Below are positions 33,324-64,000 of a DNA stretch of 64,000 nt, one piece after another. The stretch is from Phoronis australis. Its lineage: Eukaryota > Animalia > Phoronida. The notes beneath the pieces are model-generated. The model ran no database searches, was not told where the DNA came from, and saw nothing but the letters and a program-made list of their open reading frames with translations. Position numbers and translations under genes: made by a program. Position 1 is the first letter of the stretch; each line of letters starts with the position of its first letter. The stretch is from positions 33,320 through 97,319 of the forward strand of contig NMRA01000733.1 of the NCBI GenBank assembly GCA_002633005.1, written 5' to 3'.

Positions 33324-33566
33324 CTATGGAAATATTGTTGGCCAGTTTCCAAGATACGTTTTCTTGCTGCCCTCAAAATGAGCGCTGCATACTTTATGTC
33401 ACAAAGTCGGAAAGAATTCACTAAATCAGCCTTTGCTACCAGCTCTACCAATGTTTCTGACCCATTTTTTACGCAGTTCTTGATCCTTGGGAAACAGGTA
33501 GTAACCAAATTCTTTATCTCGCCAACTGGTATTATTGCAGCCACGCACACAACTCGTATAACCTCC
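33324..33566 (-). pseudogene. Decayed THAP zinc-finger domain (transposon-derived)
   Basis: Minus frame reads GGYTSCVRGCNNTSWRDKEFGYYLFPKDQELRKKWVRNIGRAGSKG*FSEFFPTL*HKVCSAHFEGSKKTYLGNWPTIFP*, showing the THAP FP, W, CxxHF and PTIF signatures with in-frame stops. Confidence 0.75.
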
Positions 33567-36239
33567 CTGTGGTCGGTTCCTCCCCACGCTTGCCGACGTA
33601 CTTATTTACCGACTTAACCACAACATTTTGTCAGTCTAATCTCTTCTTTGACTAAACTTTGTTTCTAATACGTGATGCAAATTCTGAATTGGGTCCTTAC
33701 TATTCATCTCCGTTCATGCTTTCTTCTCAACTGAAAATATGATGCAACATTGTTGTCTGTCATTTGATGAAATTTTATGACAGCGTTCACTGAGTTGAGC
33801 CATTAACTGTCACACATAGTTCATGAAAACTGCATTTATTACAGTTTAACATCGAACGGGAGAAGTACGTTATTTTTGTTTGCTCGACGACCGGTGAAGG
33901 AGAGCCTCCTGAGACTGCTTGCAAGTTTTTCCGGCGACTCAAGAAGAAGACATTACCACGTGACCACTTGAAGCATCTGCAGTACTCTGTGCTAGGTTTG
34001 TAGCTTAATCATGGCTAACTCAATTCATAACGATTATCATTATTTTTACACACAAGATGGTGTATTGATGTCAGTATCATCTTTTGTTATACCTTCTTTA
34101 GCTCTCACTTCTGTGAAAAATATTACATGTTCTGAAGCTTTCAAGTTATATCTGGATTCCGGACATACTATGACAACCTGTTCTATTTGAGGACTTGTAC
34201 CTGATGTTTTCAATACCCAAATGGGAATGTGTAATATCTCCCGATAGAAGATACCCTGAGCATTTTGGACGAGTGGCACTGCCCCCTGGTGTTGAACATG
34301 TTCTAGTGGCAGATGAAAAACAAAGGAAGAACCTGGACAGCCACAATTAACAGCTGCAGAATTAGAAAGAATGTTCTGGGATCTTCATTTTTCAACAGCT
34401 GGTCATGGTCGACAAGATCATTGAGAAAGCTGATTGCCTTGGTAAAATGGTCCAGTTAAGTTTTTGGTGTTTAGTGGTTTTAAAAACTGATTTGTTTTCG
34501 ACTTGGTTATTGGCCTCTGAAAATACCTCAAATCTGTCACAAGGTTAAAAGAAAGTGCAGTTCAAATTGCTTTTCAAGCTCTTTGGTTTGCGTAACCCAG
34601 TCATCTTCATAGAACCTTAGCAACTGGAAAACACCTACCCATAGATGGCCCTACTAGTAGTCACATTCACAAGTGGTTTCTTTGTTGTTATTCTCTGAAA
34701 TCTCTTCATTTACTTTCAACATCTCTCAGATTTATGACTTTTATTTTGTTTATGTCATGACTGCTCCTTAAAGTGTCTTTGATCTCGTCTTGCTTCACCA
34801 TTCATTTAACACTGACTCTTGGACCCACAAACAATTCACCGTGTGTTCTCCAACGGTGAACATGATGTGCAGTCAGTGCTCCTTTGTGGGTTTGTGGAAC
34901 TACACACTACTATATAGCATCAGATCACATGAATCTGCTGCTATGTCTCTCTTCCACTTTTACAGAAGCTTTCCAACAAGGTAATGAAAATTGGTGCTCA
35001 TTTTGAATTATTTAACTGCTAGTATTGTTCTCGTAGGAATTCTTCAGCTTGTATCAATTTTCTATTTTGCTCATTCCTTCGTATTGATCCAACTGGATAT
35101 TTCAGTGTTTTGAGCTCAAATAATTGTATCTGTCAAAGTTGAGTGTGGGTACAGTTTAAAAGGTAGCTATACATTGTGATCGTGCATGGATGGAGAGAGA
35201 ATAATGAAATCCAGTAATGATTATTATTAACTACTGAGTAAAGCAAGTGAAACCTGATGTTATTTAAGTACACTATGCTAGCGCCCTCTATAAGGATAGT
35301 TTCACTCAATTAACCATAAATAATCAAAGGTCTTATCTGCTATCCAAGCTGTAGGACTCCACACTCGGATGACAGTTCTGTTGGTTGATCGTCAAACTAA
35401 CACAAACTGTACTTCGACTGCGTACATGCTGGTCAAAGTCCTTTGTAACGCAACACATGTCTGCAGTATTGCTCTGCCCACGATACACTACACTGTCTTT
35501 CATGACACAACGAACACTTAGACTGTATCTCACTACCCACAATTCCTCTCGCTGTTCGTTGTCCCTCGTGACGCAACACGTGTAAGCAGTATCTTACTAC
35601 CCACGATGCAAGTGACAAACTCTTAGTAAACGTCCTGTTCGTTAACTCTTGCCGTTGCCAAGATCCTCTTTAGAATGGTCCACGTGATGGCTCTGTAGTA
35701 CTATTTCTTCAGAACACTGAAACAAGTCCTATAGCTTCAGCTACTGAATCCTAACTGGCTGTTTTGCGGTCTTCTGCCCAAATCATAATAATGCACGTAC
35801 TTAACATTTGCTAATGTGACGGGACGTTCGTAACTTTACGCTTATTGTTATTCTTATTTAGTTGCAAATGTTCAGTTATTCTTNNNNNNNNNNNNNNNNN
35901 NNNNNNNNNNNNNNNNNNNNNNNNNNNNNNNNNNNNNNNNNNNNNNNNNNNNNNNNNNNNNNNNNNNNNNNNNNNNNNNNNNNNNNNNNNNNNNNNNNNN
36001 NNNNNNNNNNNNNNNNNNGGAAAGTTGATCGTTATCATGTGCAAATTGAACTGAAACGAATGCCTGATGAGAGAAAATACATATTCTGAGGTTCTGTGGA
36101 GACTTGCTCTGTTACACTGGGAATTTCCGCAGAAAGGCTCACCCGATGAAATGCTCATACCCATGGGCATTTATTAGATATTAGTACTTCGGGTTTCAAG
36201 CGTTCAGACATTGGGACGTTTATTTCGAAAATTGCAAGA

Positions 36240-36552
36240 GATGCAAATAGGTCCTGGGATTCTTCGTCAAGGTTTGAAGTAGTCCATGATGAACGGATCA
36301 AATTTAGTTGCGCATGGAAGTCTTTTGAATGGACTTGGCAACCTCAAGGGTCTTAGTGTCAACTGAGCTGCGAAACGATATGCTGACATTGTAGAGGCTT
36401 ACAAGCTCATTGACACAGAAGTTGACGAAGTGCAAGCGTTGGGAACAAACATAGAAGATATCTGGGTAGAATGGTTCCAAGACGAGCAAATCATTGGATC
36501 CGATATACAAATTCCTCGGCAGTCTAGACAACAGAAGGATAGGACTAACGTA
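36240..36552 (+). pseudogene. hAT transposase fragment (THAP12/PRKRIR- and ZMYM1-like group)
   Basis: SWDSSSR...NGLGNLKGLSVN*AAKRYADIVEAYKLIDTEVDEVQALGTNIEDIWVEWF...IPRQSRQQKDRTNV resembles the LKxLSxxLQ..DIxxA...IPR...Q..R.N segment of these transposases. Confidence 0.6.
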
Positions 36553-37124
36553 TGAGTAACCACTGGGGATTAAAATTTTAGAGAAAAGTTTTCAATTTTT
36601 TGCATAGTACACTTTAGGTCTCGCGACGGACCAGGCCAGCTTGATTTGTGTAGATGTTGAGTTTCAGTGTACTTCTGGTCTCTCTACGAACTAGTCTTGT
36701 GATTTTTTTACCAAAGTGTGCTTTGTAAAACTATTTATCTCAGCCAGAACTGTTTGGTCCCGCGACAGATCGACTATTTTTACGGATAATAAGCACAGGT
36801 CAGTGTACTCTTGGTCTCGTGACGAACCAGGTCAGCTTTTTGTGTACTCTCAGTGTACATCTGGTCCCTCTGCAAACTAGTCCAGTGTATGTTTTCACCA
36901 CTGTACACAGGATGTTTTGGTTTCGTGAAACTGTTTTCAGATGATTTGTTTCCTGATAGATTTGACGTTTTTCAATTGTTGTCAACGTGATTCAGCTTAA
37001 TAAAGTGATACCTAATTATTTATTGTCGCTTTTAATAATAGACTGTGAGTTGAGAGCACCATCGTTTGCCAGTTTTTCTCGTAACGAGACAGAACACATG
37101 TTTATTTCCGGACTAACAGTACTG

Positions 37125-37275
37125 GCGTGCGTTCAGTTTACGCTAGGACCTACGCTAGGACCTAGCTAAAATCTAGTCAAAGTCACGTGTTCTCGTTTGA
37201 AATACACGGCAATATCTCACGTAATTTCGCGAAGTCTTGCTTTTTAGCGAGGTCCTAGCGTTACTGAACGGGAGG
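37125..37275. mobile_element. Small Harbinger-like MITE
   Basis: cgttcagtttacgctaggacct and aggtcctagcgttactgaacg form an inverted pair, with CTG/CAG flanks. Confidence 0.55.
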
Positions 37276-37639
37276 CAGGTCTTCGTTCTTAAACAACTTG
37301 AGGCTGCTGTTACGCGATCATCTGATGTTCAAGTTTTTACGCCCCGTCGGTGCTTATTAATTATGCTCTTGAATATTTGGAAATTGTCTAAACCCCTGTA
37401 TACACACCACACTTTTTCGTATACGACTTTTCGTATGCTAAAAAAGGTGTGTATAAGCAGATGTTCCAACAAAAATTTTTGCTGGTGGCGTGACTCATAC
37501 CCAGATGTGCACAATATGGTTTCACGAAACTTATGTGCCAAGTTCATGTGACGAAATCGAGAACGGTTTTTAATTATCTTAAGAAAAACTCCAAAGACAT
37601 GTTAAGTGACAGAAACTTATCAGGATGCATGGAAATTTC

Positions 37640-37791
37640 ACTACTTTGGCTACAAAAACAAAAAAATATCTTACGCGGGAGGGGAAACCCCCGGCCCTCC
37701 CGACCTCCCCCCGCTCGGCGCTACGCGCCTAGGATTCGACCTTGGCGGGAATCCTAAACCCTCCCTTGCTGAAAACGTGGATCCGCCACTG
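37640..37791 (-). mobile_element. CAGTGGCGGATC-terminated hAT-like element end
   Basis: Ends ccttgctgaaaacgtggatccgccactg, the same terminus family as 16759. The left boundary is approximate. Confidence 0.5.
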
Positions 37792-37795
37792 ACTG

Positions 37796-38010
37796 TGGTC
37801 CAGCAATAGAACTGGACACAATGTAACATGGCCCAGCAAGAGAACGGGACACAATGTAATTTGGTCCAGCAAGAGAACGGGACACAATGTAATTTGGTCC
37901 AGCAATAGAACGGGACACAATGTAATTTGGTCCAGCAAGAGAACGGCACACAATGTAATTTGGTCCAGCAAGAGAACGGGACACAATGTAATTTGGTCCA
38001 GCAAGAGAAC
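37796..38010. repeat. 33-bp minisatellite (ttggtccagcaagagaacgggacacaatgtaat)
   Basis: About 6.5 tandem units; accounts for the three repetitive ORFs here. Confidence 0.95.
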
Positions 38011-41000
38011 GTTCTCTCGTAAACTCCAAATTTCAAATCAGGCATGCGTAAATGAGTGATTACACATGCTCATACGGAAACATGAAGTTTAGTCGGAGAA
38101 TTACTTGATAAAATTGTTTACCTTGTTACATTTTTACGCGTTACTGAAGTTTCTTACATCGCTGGAAATGGAACAGCCCACTATTTCAAAGGTTTACTAC
38201 TCCTAAGATTCACTATTCCGAAGATACACCACTTCGAAGATTCTCCACTACGAAGGTTCACTGCTTCGAAGATATCTAAACTTTCAGACTCAAGTGTAAT
38301 TTTTATACTTTTACAAAAATAAAATGACACTCCGGTTATTAGATGGTACTAAAACACTTTGTTTGGATTTCATGTAGACAGTGACCACAGTCTGGCGGGC
38401 CAGTACAACTAGAAACAGTGGTCACTGTGCATGCGAAATTGCCCGCATGTCTTAACACGGAAAAATGAGTACGCATTTGCATTTTAAAAAATAATATGAA
38501 GTAGGAATAAAGTTAATGAATTATCAACCACGATACATTCATCAAATCCATGTCAAGATCGCATCGCACTGAGCACGACTGAAAAGTTTAGGGCTGCGCC
38601 TCAACCTCACTTAAAGTGTAAATTGCAAGGTCTCAACCAATCGGAACAACAATATGCTCTAAATTCATGTTTATAATTATTATTGCTATATTCTTAATAT
38701 TAACTGAATTGTACGTCGCTATAAAAACTTATTTACATATTTGTTGCCGTGGCGTTGTAACGCCATTGTTGTAACGGAAAATAGAAACGGCGCCATTTTC
38801 CTTCGTTACACATCTGTGACGTGGTGTTGGGGAACACAAAGAAAACAATATGGATCCCAGTGAGTACAGCAGCGTAGATGAAGAATATTTTGAAAGATAC
38901 AGGGAGGGTCAGGTGGAGTTTTCAGACGATTCTGACGTTTCGGATGTGGAGGAGGAGGCGACANGGTCGCCGAAAGGCCTGGCCCCATGGGCAAAGCAGC
39001 AATGACTAGTGTGAGCTGTAGCCCCCCCCCCCAGCCCACTATGGTGCGCGCCACCCATGTTCATGGGAAGCGCAGCACTGAAATAAAAGGGGACTACAGG
39101 CCCCCACTGAGTCCCCTATGGTGCGCCGCCCATATAGTGACTGGATTCAGGCCCCAGATTGTCCTCATTGCATGCATGAGAATGAGTCGTGGGCAGACAA
39201 TCAGAGTAGTGAACTATCTGAGTTCTGGTTTTGGATTTTTCGAAGCCGGGTAGCGAACCTGATCGGAGTCATATAGTGAGCCTCAGGAGTAATGGAGCTT
39301 CGACATGGAAACTTGGAAAACTTTTCCACCAAGTTTATTCATATGCTCGTATGACGTCTGCGGGGTTGTGCACCATGGACACTGATTGACAAGACTGAGG
39401 AAACTTTCTTCATTCCCCACGTTTTGTCTCGCGTCCAGCTCATTTGGTCGATTTTGTTTCAACAATTCCATGCCTGAGACCAATCGTTTCTCGGCCAACT
39501 AGTAATAAAAATCATGAGCGAAAACTGATTAACATTTTTTTCCGAGTCTCCGGCAAAGTTAATAAACAACTGTGATTATCCCCCAGAGCCGGGTTCTTAG
39601 AAAGGTACCGTACATACGCACATCCTCCAAGAGTTCTCAAATTCTTTAAAATCATTCATGATTCCTATACAGTTCTCCGTGTTCTATTCGTAATTGTTTT
39701 TCTGTACTCAATACGACTCACGAGGACTCAGAAAATTCCAGCCACTTTCTTTCTCTGCCGATTCTGTCCGAAAATTCGACTCAGTATGACCGAACACCCC
39801 AAATTTTATCAAGTCATTCTATACTGATAAATTCCTTTAGTTTTCATTCATATATGCAGGAAGAGATAACCACTGATATATGGTATAACGGTACTCTATA
39901 TTGGTTTGAAAGATAATATGTATAGGGCTTAGTTTTGTTTACATGGCCTTTGAGGGTCTCTTAGCTATTGTGCAATTGTTCTTTTATGAACATGTATTAG
40001 CTGTAGATGTATCATAGCTAAACTAAATTAAATTATCTAAATCTACCTACCAACCCTTTGTAGTTACCTCTGAATGGACAATCCCCCCTGCCCGCCCCCC
40101 CGTGCTAGTGCCCTTGCCTTTAGCCGAATTTTACAAATCATGCGTGAGATGGCAGTTGAGGCAGGAAGTACAACGCCATCTAGAGGCAGGTTGTACAAAC
40201 TTGAATCTGTTCTTGGAGTGCAATTCTTTTGTAAGTGTTCAGTTTAGCGACTTTTTGAATGGTAAAGGCATTCAATAACGTATGTGCTCCAACCCAAGAA
40301 AATGTATACAATTCGAAAGCTTCTAACTGTCGTAGCCCAATCTTCTGACGTCAGACGACTGTTATTTTTTCGTCTCATAATCAACCATTTCGACTCTCGA
40401 TACTCATTCAGAATAAGTTCAATATTGCATGTTGTTGATTACTGGTTTTTACTGTTTTTTGCTCTGTTCATTCACACCTCTCACCGGTATGCTTAAAGGG
40501 CTCTCGCTCAGTAACAATGCTGGTGAACTGAGGGCTTTTCCCAAGAGACTGTTGTCAGATGTCATGGTCATGACTTCGGCAGATAGTTTCCCTCAGTGTT
40601 TCGCTGATGACTCGATTTTGTTTCTATAAGAGGTTTGCAACAAACGATTCATGAACTGCCACGTATTTTCTGTATGCGTTTTAGTTGATTTGATATCTGC
40701 AAATCCTTGTTTCAAAATTGTACCCACTTCTAAATCTGACTTGTATAGCGGCAAATGTTCAAGATATTCCAGAAAGTTTTGAGAGGAGAAAACAACAGAG
40801 ACTCCACGCCCACGGTAGGTCTGATATTGATGTCGTAGACCAAGTAAATTTCTGCGCCTGAGTTGCAGTATACCACTCAAATCTGAATGTATGCCTTAAG
40901 TTTATCAAGTTAAAAAGTCTTCGAAGTTGAAAAATACAGATTTCCTCAAGTCAATTTCATTTTTATGTTTTTTGTCATTTTAACTCTTTCCTGAAACAGA

Positions 41001-41576
41001 CATTATAACAAACAAAATCTTGTAAAAATGATATCTACTTTAGTTAGGAAAGTCGCATTTGTTAGACCTGGTCTCTATAAAATCTCAAATATCAGATTTC
41101 GGTAAAAGTGGAGTAAACGATTCACTCATCAAAGTGGGTGCCAAGAACCAGTTTTCCCTGAGTAACGGCAATGTTTCAATGATAGAGTGCTTCTCGGCGT
41201 TCACTTGGTCTACAAGGCTGGACCATGTAGTCAGACCAAGTTAACCGGTCTGGTGACTCACTTGGTCTATAACATGGATATAGATATGTACATCATGACC
41301 TATGGAATCACCTAGGAAATGAATGAAAATGTTCAGAGAGTGGCTAGTAACATTGGCACTCGTCGGATATTCTGGTTCCTCATTTAGAGTACTTATCAGT
41401 TTCATTCGTTGAATAATTGACGTGGGTCTCAAAATTAGGGACTGCTGTATCTCGCCAGTGGCTTAAGATGGTTCTTTTGTAGAAGTCCATAGTAAGATAT
41501 CAAAAACAAATGAATCTTAGTAAATAGTATTTATGGCGAAGGATGTCATGGACTAATGTCTTGCTCACAGCAGGTG

Positions 41577-62924
<21,348 letters not shown>

Positions 62925-63225
62925 GTGAAAAGGGCCTGCTGCTTAATCATGTACCTGTAAACTGTTTACTGCAATGTTATAAACTTGTTATGTTTAGAGT
63001 CATACATATCCTACTAACCTGAGTTGTTATGTTTTGAGTCGTACATATCATAGCCTGACTTGTTATGTTTAGTGTCATACATATCCTACTAGCCTAATTG
63101 CATTCTGTTGATATTTCCTTGACCCCAACTCAATTCTTTATCCAGTATTTTGCCAAGAGATGAAAGTTTGTTACTGGACAACAGCAACAACAACAACAAC
63201 AAAAATAATAATAAACACTATTTAA

Positions 63226-64000
63226 AGGAGAATGCCACCCAATTTATTTCGTTTTTTACCATCTTAATCAATTTATGTCCACATCACCTTGTATACAGTT
63301 GATCTCCCCTTGCCGAAAGGTGTTGCGTTAACCTGTGACGAAGGTGAGTACCTGACACAGCGACGTCAGTGTTCTTCAGCTTAGTGTGTGCCACTACAGT
63401 GTGGCATATCATTCCTGCTAGTGCAAACTATGAAGCTGTGTGGAAAGCAGGAATATCATTTTTTTGATTTTCTTGAGAACCTGAAATGCTTCGGAAGTGG
63501 TTCCCGGCAGTAAAAAATGAAAAGCACACAGGTCATACCAAGTATGAGGCTGTGACATATCTGTTGTTTTGTTTCAATGTTTAATAAAATGGAAACAAAG
63601 TGTCTCGACAGACTGTCTCAGTTGACAATTCGTAATGCCTTTGTAATGTTTGTGAGTGCAAATGTTTTGAGAAACCAACAATGAATAAATCACTCTGCGT
63701 TATCGGCTTCAAATGCACCCAAGGCCATGTGAGCTCATGCTTCTTCAGTGTTTGCTGAATGAAAGCTGTTGTAAAACAGTAACTTGATTTTATATCCTAT
63801 GGTCAGGTGTTAGGGGAATCTTTAGATATTCATATACATTTTTCGAATCCTTGTTATTGTACACCTTTTGCCCTGTGCGGTTCTGTGGAAGGGGAACCTG
63901 GCTTCGTGGCCCCTGGCGGGTAAGTAGATTTGCAATTTTGCGACATTTTACCAAAATATTCAGGTTCGTATTATTTCTTTGGTTCACTAGTCTAGTATTT
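63226..64000 (+). mobile_element. Diverged Kolobok-like element copy, truncated by the window end
   Basis: TTAA|AGGAGAATGCCACCC start; colinear with ~45639-46680 apart from an internal deletion. Confidence 0.75.

Noticed and set aside
40400-40880. Coding-like minus-strand segment (similar to ~4430-4830 and ~34040-34440)
   Set aside because: No identifiable motifs; may be decayed transposon sequence but is unassignable by eye.

Overview
Eukaryotic (metazoan, probably invertebrate) draft-assembly DNA: AT-rich, intron-containing, with N gaps and single-n contig joins. Four protein-coding genes were reconstructed exon by exon. CNPY2 (+, ~11.0-18.5 kb) has its first two coding exons present twice. 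PECR (-, 21.9-29.5 kb) is complete, with 8 exons, a C-terminal SKL and an apparent GC-AG first intron. MTRR is represented only by its first coding exon (+, 30.5 kb), head-to-head with PECR. ATP-dependent 6-phosphofructokinase (+, 41.6 kb onward) runs off the window end. The apparent CNPY2 duplication is best explained as two alleles stitched together: one carries a young Gypsy LTR retrotransposon (168-bp LTRs, GACCA TSD, PBS, PPT, integrase tail), and the empty allele sits between its LTRs. The rest is transposon-rich: a decayed CR1/L2-type LINE, four copies of a TTAA-flanked Kolobok-like element with THAP and KolX-like remnants, 5-bp-TSD hAT-like elements, Harbinger-like and Tc1/mariner-like MITEs, HINE-like repeats, a hAT transposase relic and many minisatellites, several of which duplicate splice sites. 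No CRISPR array, rRNA or intact tRNA was seen. All family assignments come from manual motif recognition, not database searches.
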